Shown: positions 11,310 to 19,530 of the stretch, piece after piece
Layout of the letters: each line of letters opens with the position of its first letter
Position numbering within the stretch: position 1 is the first letter of the stretch
From: Pseudomonadota bacterium
GTDB taxonomy: Bacteria > Bdellovibrionota_C > UBA2361 > OMII01
NCBI GenBank assembly: GCA_038134595.1
Contig: JAYPVM010000017.1
Span: 1 to 33,824 of the forward strand
Direction: 5' to 3'
DNA length: 33,824 nt
Notes under the pieces: generated by a model
Database searches by the model: none
Told to the model about the DNA's origin: nothing
What the model saw: the letters and a program-made list of their open reading frames with translations, nothing else
Translations under genes and position numbers: made by a program

Positions 11310-12305
11310 ATGAGTATCGAGACCCCCTCACAAACCACAATACAAAAAGCTGCATCACTGCTTCGAGAGGGGAAACTCGTCGCATTTCCCACCGAAACGG
11401 TATACGGACTCGGCGCTGACGCAACCAACGACCAAGCGGTACGCTCCATATTTGAAGCTAAGGGGCGCCCCTCAAACAATCCTCTCATAATACACGTTCA
11501 CTCTATCGAACAGCTCTTTGATTGCGTAGACATCTCGCGCTGCACAGAGAAAACCATCTCCCACCTGGAAGTTTTAGGGCCATTATGGCCTGGGCCCTTT
11601 TCAGTAGTAGTACCCAAATCTCCCAATATATCCGACCTAGTCTCTGGAGGAGGTTCTAGTATTGCCATACGCATCCCGAATCATCCGGTAGCACTAGCGC
11701 TCTTGGAATACTGTCAGCGTCCAATTGCAGCACCAAGTGCAAACCCGTCAATGTATGTTAGTCCGACCACAGCTCAACACGTACAATCAGGGCTGGGCGA
11801 AAGCGTCTCGCTTGTCTTAGATGGAGGACCATGTACGATAGGAATCGAATCAACCGTTCTATCGTTACTAGAAGACACGCCAATTATTCTCCGTCCTGGG
11901 TCCATTACCCGTGAACAACTTGAAGAAACTCTGAACTGCTCCGTTGTCACAAAACAGCATGTCGAATCATCCTCTGGACCTAACCTCTCTCCGGGGCTTC
12001 TCTCAAAACACTATGCACCACGCACCCCTGTCCGATTTTTACATTCGCTAGATAAAGACGAGCTAGAAACATACAAGCGAGTTGGAGTAATCTTGTTTGA
12101 CAAGCAAAGTCACGTACCACCAAACGCATGCATGGTTCGATATGCAAGCACCTCAAACGATGTAGAGGAAGTCGCGCGTCACATCTTTCGTGAGCTTCGC
12201 CTACTAGATACAGAGAACCTGGATATCATAGCGGTCGATGCGTGCGACATGTCAGGTATCGGGCTGGCGATTATGGATAGGCTAACAAGAGCAACGCACA
12301 GCTAA
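11310..12305 (+). CDS. sua5: L-threonylcarbamoyladenylate synthase (Sua5-type TsaC2)
   Basis: VAFPTETVYGLGA, KGRPSNNPLIIH, AAPSAN, GIESTV, SPG...HYAP linker and C-terminal SUA5 domain. Confidence 0.96.
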   Translation: MSIETPSQTTIQKAASLLREGKLVAFPTETVYGLGADATNDQAVRSIFEAKGRPSNNPLIIHVHSIEQLFDCVDISRCTEKTISHLEVLGPLWPGPFSVVVPKSPNISDLVSGGGSSIAIRIPNHPVALALLEYCQRPIAAPSANPSMYVSPTTAQHVQSGLGESVSLVLDGGPCTIGIESTVLSLLEDTPIILRPGSITREQLEETLNCSVVTKQHVESSSGPNLSPGLLSKHYAPRTPVRFLHSLDKDELETYKRVGVILFDKQSHVPPNACMVRYASTSNDVEEVARHIFRELRLLDTENLDIIAVDACDMSGIGLAIMDRLTRATHS

Positions 12306-12424
12306 AAACATCCTAAGTGAGATATTCTACTGGCTGCATTCTCTAAAGGCAGTCCAGCCAAAGGCAGCGCTTACTATCCTAACAAGCGCTCACTGAACAA
12401 TCACAACTCCAAAGAAATTGCACT

Positions 12425-13726
12425 TCACGACGCGGCGTCTTGCACAAGACGGTCCAATAAACCTGCTAGTCTACTTCCAACTACATTTACTGCCACCATG
12501 GTCTCTATCGCGCGCTCCCCACTCTGTAGAGCACCGCCATCTTCAATTACCGAGCCATCATCCTGAAGAAATATTGGCATACTAGGAAAGGGCTCACGAG
12601 CACATGCCACCGTAGAAAAAAGACTCGGGTCTGAGTCTTTGAAACCCTCTACTTGCTCTAATGTTATTTTTCGAGCTGTCGAACGGAGAGTCATGAGTTC
12701 AGCTAACCCTACTTGATACAGCTTCTCTAGCCCAAGTGCGGCATACACTCCTTGTAGCACTTGATCAGTCTCACGAAGAATCTTCTCCAAGCCGATATTA
12801 ATCGCACCTTTTATCTTCTGACAAAGAAACAAAACTGCCTCCTGGTCTCCAAAGTCGATGCCAAACCGAACAATTGCCGCATTTACTAAATAGGTAAACT
12901 CCATAGCTAAGACATCATGCGCATGAGAACCCTGCATGAGCTCAGAAAACAAACGGGTCGATCGAGCCTCATAAAGCATCGGCTCCACAGCCCGCACGTC
13001 CTCGACAATAGTATGTTGCTCGTTACGCCTAACCTCTTCAAGCGCTTCTTGTAGGGAATATGGGGCATGGATAGTAGCCGCTACATCAGGTTCAGGAACC
13101 CCTTCAGCCGCCAAACGTTTGGTACGCTCTTGGAATCCCTCTTCCTCCAACATAGACACAGTTGCAACAGAAGGGACCGACAGCAATTGATAGAACAACT
13201 CCGTACTGGTCTCAAATATCAACGCAAGAAGGCGCGCCAAGAGAAAATGGTGGTCCTCATTCTCAAGTTTGATACCTATCCACGTAAAGCCCTTGTCTGG
13301 AGTATAGAACCCCGGCGCTGGCGGATTATCAGTAGACTCCTCAAAAACCTGAACTTCGACGTATTTAGAAATAAGAATCGATACAAGCTTTAAATCAATG
13401 CACTTGAGAACCTTCTGCAGAATCTCCAAGGAATCATCCTCATCTGCCAGCGATAACCATTCCCACATCTGCTCTTCATTGATAACGTCCCCGTGCCACA
13501 GGTCGAGATCCGAAAGCAATCGAATTTGCTCCAGCGACGCAAGACTTAAAAGATCACACGAAGCAGAGAGCCCCACCTCCTTTACTACCATGAACAAAGT
13601 TTGCGCCGGTAACTGTCTGACCATTTGCTCGGGAGCATCAGACTCGAATATCGCCTTATAGAGCTCCCTACAAGTATGCCCACGAACCGGAGCAACAACG
13701 GGAGCAGTATCAGAAGGGCTATTCAC
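12425..13726 (-). CDS. Conserved hypothetical all-alpha protein (DUF6178-like)
   Basis: 433-aa acidic helical ORF with GAGG before a GTG start. The motifs DLDLW..D, WL and RTKRLAAEGVP resemble DUF6178 proteins as I recall them; not verified. Confidence 0.6.
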   Translation of the reverse strand: MNSPSDTAPVVAPVRGHTCRELYKAIFESDAPEQMVRQLPAQTLFMVVKEVGLSASCDLLSLASLEQIRLLSDLDLWHGDVINEEQMWEWLSLADEDDSLEILQKVLKCIDLKLVSILISKYVEVQVFEESTDNPPAPGFYTPDKGFTWIGIKLENEDHHFLLARLLALIFETSTELFYQLLSVPSVATVSMLEEEGFQERTKRLAAEGVPEPDVAATIHAPYSLQEALEEVRRNEQHTIVEDVRAVEPMLYEARSTRLFSELMQGSHAHDVLAMEFTYLVNAAIVRFGIDFGDQEAVLFLCQKIKGAINIGLEKILRETDQVLQGVYAALGLEKLYQVGLAELMTLRSTARKITLEQVEGFKDSDPSLFSTVACAREPFPSMPIFLQDDGSVIEDGGALQSGERAIETMVAVNVVGSRLAGLLDRLVQDAAS

Positions 13727-13738
13727 TCGAGACCTCTC

Positions 13739-14308
13739 TTATTTGATAGGAGCAAACGTAACAAATATCTGACGTCCCATTGCGGGAGACTTTTCATCGA
13801 CAGTAGCAACATCTGCCAAGCTTTGTTCAATCTCAGCTAGCTTCTCTTTACCAAGCTCAAGATACATCGCCTCTCGTCCTCTAAAGCGCATAACAAATTT
13901 TACTTTGTCTCCTTCCGCTAAAAACTCTCTCGCTCGCTTTAGCTTAATCGCCATGTCCCCAACATCTGTCCTATAGCGAAGGCGCAACTCTTTTATTGTT
14001 GTCTCAGTTCTATTTTTTCGAGCTTCTGCTTCCTTCTTCTGCTCTTTGTACTTGAACTTTCCGTAGTCCAAGATCTTACATACTGGAGGATTAGCTCCTG
14101 GAGCAACTTCAACAAGATCGAGGTCAAGCTCCTCTGCTTTAGATAATGCATCGCGAATAGAGAGCACGCCCAGTTGCTCCCCATCTGGAGAAATTACTCG
14201 AACTTCTTTTGCTGTAATGAATTTATTGATGCGGTGGGTATCAGGTGGAGCCTGAGGTCGACGACCTCGCATTCCACCCCTCATTGGGGGCTTTCCAAAG
14301 GGTTTCAA
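13739..14308 (-). CDS. infC: Translation initiation factor IF-3
   Basis: RINKFITAKEVRVI, LDLVEVAP..NPPVCKILDYGKFKY, KVKFVMRFRGRE; TTG start with AGGAG 6 nt upstream. Confidence 0.97.
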   Translation of the reverse strand: MKPFGKPPMRGGMRGRRPQAPPDTHRINKFITAKEVRVISPDGEQLGVLSIRDALSKAEELDLDLVEVAPGANPPVCKILDYGKFKYKEQKKEAEARKNRTETTIKELRLRYRTDVGDMAIKLKRAREFLAEGDKVKFVMRFRGREAMYLELGKEKLAEIEQSLADVATVDEKSPAMGRQIFVTFAPIK

Positions 14309-14317
14309 AAATTTCTC

Positions 14318-14407
14318 CTATAGATTTAGTAACAACTTGTCTTGTAGTATTTCCAATCCATTACTACTAAGACGCTTTTTACTGTTGTACGGTCTCACGC
14401 AGGAAAT
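14318..14407 (-). CDS. Putative ATT-initiated 29-aa leader ORF of infC ((M)SCVRPYNSKKRLSSNGLEILQDKLLLNL)
   Basis: AAAGGAGG (14421-14414), 6 nt, ATT (14407-14405), open for 29 codons to TAG (14320-14318), in frame with infC. Confidence 0.6.
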   Translation of the reverse strand: MSCVRPYNSKKRLSSNGLEILQDKLLLNL

Positions 14408-14445
14408 CGCAGTCCTCCTTTCTAAAACCCTCACAGCACCGCTAT

Positions 14446-14474
14446 AGCGTACCTACTTAGAGCTCCAGAATCAA
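14446..14474 (-). promoter_or_regulatory. sigma70-type promoter of the infC leader
   Basis: TTGATT (14474-14469), 17 nt, TACGCT (14451-14446). Confidence 0.55.
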
Positions 14475-14493
14475 GAGTAACTACCTCATATGG

Positions 14494-15126
14494 TTATTTT
14501 TTCTTAGTACTTGCGGCTTCTTTCTTAGATTTTTCCGAGCTATCTTCGGAAGTTGGTTCCTCCCCTTTCGATTCAGAAGCTTGCTCCGATGGTTTTTCCA
14601 CATCGCGGCACACAATCTCACTAGAAGAAACGCTCCCACACACTCCCTGTTGCACTCGACATTCATCAACTAGGGCGCCTTCGACCTGCGCACGCGCAGA
14701 AAAACTAAGTGAATTCAATAACGTACCCTTAACAGACAACTTAGTCGCCACACACTCCCCAAAAGCCTCATGCGCCCGTTTACAGTGATTCGACGCTCTT
14801 GCCTTTTGTCGTTGAATATCTCCCTCTAGAAGTAACTGCGCAGTCTTTTCATCTCGGCCTCGGCGTTCAATTGAGGTAAAATGAAGGGTTATCAATGGCA
14901 ATTGCGCACCATTAGCTTTAACACCCTTAGGAGCCTTTAGAGCCTCTGCTGTTCGCTCCGGCTCCTCTGCTGCTTGACTCCGAGACCAAGAATACGACAC
15001 ATCCGCTCTACACAAGACCTCAGCAAAAGAGTCCTTTAACCCGCCACTACACAGAGCAACTACACTCAAACCGAAAATAATTCCTAATTTTTGCATTATG
15101 ACCTGAATTATATCTCTAACCAGCAC
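14494..15126 (-). CDS. Hypothetical secreted Cys-containing protein
   Basis: Hydrophobic N-terminus (alternative start ATG 15096), six Cys in the mature region, low-complexity charged C-tail. Confidence 0.7.
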   Translation of the reverse strand: MLVRDIIQVIMQKLGIIFGLSVVALCSGGLKDSFAEVLCRADVSYSWSRSQAAEEPERTAEALKAPKGVKANGAQLPLITLHFTSIERRGRDEKTAQLLLEGDIQRQKARASNHCKRAHEAFGECVATKLSVKGTLLNSLSFSARAQVEGALVDECRVQQGVCGSVSSSEIVCRDVEKPSEQASESKGEEPTSEDSSEKSKKEAASTKKK

Positions 15127-15215
15127 GTCTCATCCCTACACTCTATGTATACCTGCTCACGCGGTATCGCAAGGTGATTCATAGTTTTACAAAGACTTTT
15201 GATAGGTAGACAGAT

Positions 15216-15575
15216 ATGGATGAGGTTGCAAGCAGTTTTTTTTCAGATTTAGGGAGTGATTATCATCAATCACTCGGCTCTCCCAACAGAACTGGGACCC
15301 CCGAGCGCCGACTGCTTCTAGCAATCTTAGAGCGAGCCATTCTTGATTACGTAGGAAACGATGAAAGAGAAGTTGCTCACGCTTCGGATTGGCTGTTTGG
15401 CTCCCTAGAATCAGGGGCTTTCGACCATTTCTCGTTTCCCTGGTTATGTGAACAACTGGACTTAGACGGCAAGAAAATCGCAGGCCAGATTAAAGCCATG
15501 CCCAAACGAGGGGCACGAAAAGTAGCTCCGTGGTACTTCAATAAACAAGGTTCGGCTCTCGCTACAACCGCTTAA
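15216..15575 (+). CDS. Conserved hypothetical small helical protein
   Basis: 119 aa with AGGT upstream; motifs PERRLLLAILERAILD, ASDWLF and FSFPWLCEQLDLD. Confidence 0.8.
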   Translation: MDEVASSFFSDLGSDYHQSLGSPNRTGTPERRLLLAILERAILDYVGNDEREVAHASDWLFGSLESGAFDHFSFPWLCEQLDLDGKKIAGQIKAMPKRGARKVAPWYFNKQGSALATTA

Positions 15576-15627
15576 ACCGCTCATTCTGTCTCGTCACTAC
15601 TGAGAAACAATTTTTGGGTCGATCAAT

Positions 15628-16311
15628 TCAATGAACGTGGCGACTATAGGCGTGCGCAGAGTAACTTGTTGGCGAACATCCACCCAATCCCCACGACTCT
15701 CCCATAAATATCTTGCCAGCAAATACTCGAAAGTCTCCATGCCCCTGCCCTCTTCTACCGGCTATCTCGCGAGACACAAGCGTGGCAAAACTAAAGCGTC
15801 GTACAACTTTCATACGAGGCAAGGCAAAAGCCGCACACAGAAACGCTATTCCACACATAGTTAACAACATAGCTGGCATCACCGAGCTATGGGTCCACGC
15901 TTCCACCAACCCAATAGCAACGGCTGTAGCGACAGTAGCGCCGATAACTCTTCGAACCACCGAAGTAGTCCTTCGAATAAACAAACTTTCATCAGTCACT
16001 GTAATATCTAGCAGGTCGTCCAAATAAGCCTCAAGAACTTCAACGGGAACAAAGGAAACCGAAACCGAAAAATCACGTCGCCCGCGACCATTCGGCATAA
16101 ATCGAGATGAATAGCTTTCCTCATAGCAAAGCAATGCCGCGCCGATAGTCTGATACTGCGACATCAGTCTGTTACAACCAGCAAATGGATGATGGCAATC
16201 TGACTTGAGTTTATTGGCTAGCTCCATGAGCCGATCAGAGCATACTGCTAGATCTAACACAACTCTACTCCTCATCCCCGAAATTGCGCCACTCGTAGAA
16301 AAGCCCACCAA
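15628..16311 (-). CDS. Hypothetical membrane protein (two TM helices)
   Basis: Hydrophobic segments VIGATVATAVAIGLVEAW and MLLTMCGIAFLCAAFAL; start uncertain (TTG 16311 or ATG 16275). Confidence 0.7.
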   Translation of the reverse strand: MVGFSTSGAISGMRSRVVLDLAVCSDRLMELANKLKSDCHHPFAGCNRLMSQYQTIGAALLCYEESYSSRFMPNGRGRRDFSVSVSFVPVEVLEAYLDDLLDITVTDESLFIRRTTSVVRRVIGATVATAVAIGLVEAWTHSSVMPAMLLTMCGIAFLCAAFALPRMKVVRRFSFATLVSREIAGRRGQGHGDFRVFAGKIFMGESWGLGGCSPTSYSAHAYSRHVH

Positions 16312-16350
16312 AAACGGCTGCTAACTTTCACTTCATCGCCCAAAGGGGGA

Positions 16351-16449
16351 TTATCTTCGCCGAGAATTGCTCTTAACTCTAACGGGCACAGGCCGTAGCC
16401 CGATAATAATCGAAACTATGGCATCAATAATATTAAATAATATGCTCAT
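16351..16449 (-). CDS. Unannotated 32-aa micro-protein MSILFNIIDAIVSIIIGLRPVPVRVKSNSRRR
   Basis: ATG 16449 to TAA 16353-16351; hydrophobic/amphipathic N-half, PVPVR motif, Arg tail; lies just downstream of a sigma28-type promoter. SD is weak. Confidence 0.65.
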   Translation of the reverse strand: MSILFNIIDAIVSIIIGLRPVPVRVKSNSRRR

Positions 16450-16495
16450 AAAGGTCTTTTCAAACAACTTGCTACTCAAACACTCTACTATTTAG

Positions 16496-16522
16496 ATGTC
16501 GGCAAGCTGGAAAAATTCTTTA
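16496..16522 (-). promoter_or_regulatory. sigma28 (FliA)-type promoter
   Basis: TAAAGAAT-N11-GCCGACAT (TAAA-N15-GCCGACAT) versus consensus TAAAGTTT-N11-GCCGATAA, with an AT-rich tract upstream. Confidence 0.7.
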
Positions 16523-16711
16523 TTTTATTGAGCTAATTTGTTTTTTAATAAGAGCGACTGCAAGAAACCCATAGGCAACCTAAAAAAGAAGCCTACAAGA
16601 CGCTAACTATCTAAATTACCATCTTTTTTGCACAAGCCCTCACAACGCATATCACAAGAGCTTCAAGGGCTTAGCAACACTTCGGCTTAGCCACTTCGCA
16701 GGGCGCCAGCT

Positions 16712-18103
16712 CTACAGTCCTGGCTTCGTCATTGCGGCCAAATCAAGAAGCCTATCTAAATCTTTACTTTCTAAGACCTGCATCTCTTCGGCCACTTCAC
16801 GAACCGTCTTATCTTCCTTCATCGCCCGTTTAGCTAGCTCCGCAGCCTTATCATATCCGATCACCGGCGCTAACGAAGTTACGGTAGCCAAGCTCTTTTC
16901 AGCCAAGTCACGGCACCTCTCTTCGTTTGCCGTAATCCCAACAACGCATTTCTTTGAAAAATTCATAGCCGTGTTGGCCATGAGCTCAATTGATTCCAGG
17001 ACATTGTACGCTAACACAGGCAACATCACGTTTAACTCAAAATTACCGTGCTGGCCACAAACCGCTATTGTGGCATCGTTGCCCATTACGTGAGCCGACG
17101 CCATCATTACAGATTCACAGATCACGGGATTTACCTTGGCAGGCATTATACTCGAGCCCGGTTGAATCTCTGGAAGCCCTATCTCCCCGATTCCACACCG
17201 TGGCCCTGATGACAGCCAGCGAATATCGTTTGCAATCTTCATTAGAGAAACCGCAAGCGTACGAAGCTGTCCGCTAACCTCCACCACTGCATCTTGAGTC
17301 GCTTGTGCAACAAAATGATTATCCGCCTCACAGAAAGCGTGCCCTGTAATCTCCGCTATGTGTCCAATCGCCCGTTGCGCAAACTCTGGATGCGTATTTA
17401 ATCCCGTCCCTACAGCAGTTCCGCCAAGTGCAAGCCCCAAAAGGCCCTTAGTCGAGCGCTCAATTCGTGTCATTCCTTGTTGGATTTGAGATGCATATCC
17501 ACCGAACTCCTGACCGAGCATTATTGGTGTCGCATCTTGAAGATGCGTACGCCCAGCTTTTAGAACTTCCGCAAACTCCTCACTCTTTTTGCTAAGTGCC
17601 TCGGAGAGTTCTTTCAGCGCCGGAAGTAATCGCTCCTGAATAGCCACGTATGATGCGATGTGAATGGATGACGGAAACACGTCGTTAGAAGACTGGCAGT
17701 TATTTACATGATCGTTGGGATGGATAAATCCTCTTTCACCCTTGCCCTTTTCCAGTATCTCCAAAGCTCGGTTAGAAATAACCTCATTAGCGTTCATATT
17801 AGTTGATGTCCCAGAGCCGGTCTGAAACACATCGACTACAAAATGCTTAAAAAGAGTGCCATCTATGACCTCTTGTCCAGCAGCCACAATTGCGTTCCCT
17901 CTCTCCTCGTCAAGCAATCCGAGCTCCATATTTGCCTTAGCGGCCGCCACTTTTATGGTACCCAGCGCGCTTATCAAGCTCTTCGGCAACACCAACGAAG
18001 ACACCTCAAAGTTTAGCACCGCCCGCTGGGTGGATGCACCCCACAGCGCATCCTCTGGAACTTCCATCTCTCCCATTGAATCTCGCTCTTTTCTCGTCGC
18101 CAT
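16712..18103 (-). CDS. fumC: Class II fumarate hydratase
   Basis: QTGSGTSTNMNANEV, HPNDHVN, GRTHLQDATP, signature GSSIMPAKVNP. Confidence 0.96.
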   Translation of the reverse strand: MATRKERDSMGEMEVPEDALWGASTQRAVLNFEVSSLVLPKSLISALGTIKVAAAKANMELGLLDEERGNAIVAAGQEVIDGTLFKHFVVDVFQTGSGTSTNMNANEVISNRALEILEKGKGERGFIHPNDHVNNCQSSNDVFPSSIHIASYVAIQERLLPALKELSEALSKKSEEFAEVLKAGRTHLQDATPIMLGQEFGGYASQIQQGMTRIERSTKGLLGLALGGTAVGTGLNTHPEFAQRAIGHIAEITGHAFCEADNHFVAQATQDAVVEVSGQLRTLAVSLMKIANDIRWLSSGPRCGIGEIGLPEIQPGSSIMPAKVNPVICESVMMASAHVMGNDATIAVCGQHGNFELNVMLPVLAYNVLESIELMANTAMNFSKKCVVGITANEERCRDLAEKSLATVTSLAPVIGYDKAAELAKRAMKEDKTVREVAEEMQVLESKDLDRLLDLAAMTKPGL

Positions 18104-18442
18104 GCTTCATGTCTCCCAAATGCGGTTCTTGCGGGCTGTGCGCTCTACTTACGCTACCCCGATCTTGCGAAATCCTACCCTAAAAACCGCTAAAAGAACA
18201 GCTCCTTGATAGCCAAACACAACCCTGATCCACGCATTGCTCTTCACCAAAAAGCAGTCTATGATCTCCTAGAAACAAGGCGTGAAAACCCAGCTAAGTC
18301 TTATATAAAGTCTTACGCTCCTTTCACAAAAACATCAGCACGTACACAAAAACGGAGTCGTAGGTTTCTGGTTCGAATAGCTATCAAACAGAAACGCAAC
18401 CATCAAACGGCAGCGTCCTCCGTCAAACACCGGCTAATTTAT

Positions 18443-18952
18443 ATGAAACAATTCCTTCAAATCGCCCTCTATTCAATTATAACAACTGTAGCAATTCCCT
18501 TTGCGGACGCTGGTGCTGATGTAAAAATAGCTACTGTTGACGTGGCAAAGATTATTAACGAATCCCCCGCTGCACAAAAAATGAAAAAGGAGCTTGGCGA
18601 GGCTTCAGACTCTGTACGAGCCAAATTAGAGAAAAAGGCAGAGTCTCTCAAAAAAACACAGCAAAAATTAGAGAAGCAAAAGGTTGCCGCCAACTCCAAA
18701 GAAGCCGAAACCTTCCGAAAACAAGCAAAAGAGTTCGAACGCCTTCGAGACGATCTCAAAGCCGACCTGGAAAAAAAATACATGCAGAGCAATAAAGAGG
18801 TCAGCGACAACGTTCTCAAAACCATTGAGAAGTACGCAAAAGCTAATAAATACGATTTAGTAATCGACAAGAGCGAGAAATATCAGGGGCCAATTCTCTA
18901 TGGAACGAAGTCAGTCGATATAACCGACAAAATTATTGACGAGATTTCGTAA
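18443..18952 (+). CDS. skp: OmpH/Skp periplasmic chaperone
   Basis: Signal peptide from ATG 18443, KIATVDVAKII, long basic coiled coil, YDLVID, VDITDKII. Confidence 0.9.
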   Translation: MKQFLQIALYSIITTVAIPFADAGADVKIATVDVAKIINESPAAQKMKKELGEASDSVRAKLEKKAESLKKTQQKLEKQKVAANSKEAETFRKQAKEFERLRDDLKADLEKKYMQSNKEVSDNVLKTIEKYAKANKYDLVIDKSEKYQGPILYGTKSVDITDKIIDEIS

Positions 18953-19099
18953 AAGAACTCCCTATTTCCGCAGGCAGAATCAGTCAAAAAAACACTCAAC
19001 ACATCTCGCTCTGATTAATTTGAGCGACAAAAGGTTCTTTAACGAGAAAATTCGAGTTCTATCCTAAAGAACAACGCAAACCAATCCGAAGCCCTCAAT

Positions 19100-19432
19100 A
19101 TGAGGTTCGAAGTTGGTCGGTGTTTGATAGTAGTTTTTCTTACTTTCGCATTAGCAGGTCTGTTAGCACCTAGGGATAGCCTTGCGAATGAGAGTGGAAC
19201 ATCCTTAAAGCGCAGGCCTCTCATCCTTCGCATTGATTCTACTCGCCAGACAGCATCCACAACCAAGAATCTACCGGAAATCACCGACGATCAGTCCAAT
19301 AAGACCCTGAAAAACACCAACGTTTTGGCGAATAGACTCTCAAACTTAGAGGACCTAAGGAAATCAATCCCGGTAGAACCCTGGGCTCCAGGAAGAGGTT
19401 CCCTCGGAGTCAAAGTAAATGTTTCCTGGTAG
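19100..19432 (+). CDS. Hypothetical small secreted protein with C-terminal beta-strand ending in Trp
   Basis: Signal peptide (...DSLA|NE), polar linker, C-terminus GSLGVKVNVSW. Confidence 0.65.
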   Translation: MRFEVGRCLIVVFLTFALAGLLAPRDSLANESGTSLKRRPLILRIDSTRQTASTTKNLPEITDDQSNKTLKNTNVLANRLSNLEDLRKSIPVEPWAPGRGSLGVKVNVSW

Positions 19433-19530
19433 CCACCATCCCTTACAAAACCCAGAACTCCTTTCAGCGGTTGAATTATCGCTCCAAGTGGTAAAGAATG
19501 CGATAAGACTGATGTTTAGCGTATTCATCC

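Noticed and set aside
18206..18442. 79-aa N-terminal extension of Skp in the ORF track
   Set aside because: The signal peptide begins at ATG 18443; the extension is an open intergenic frame.
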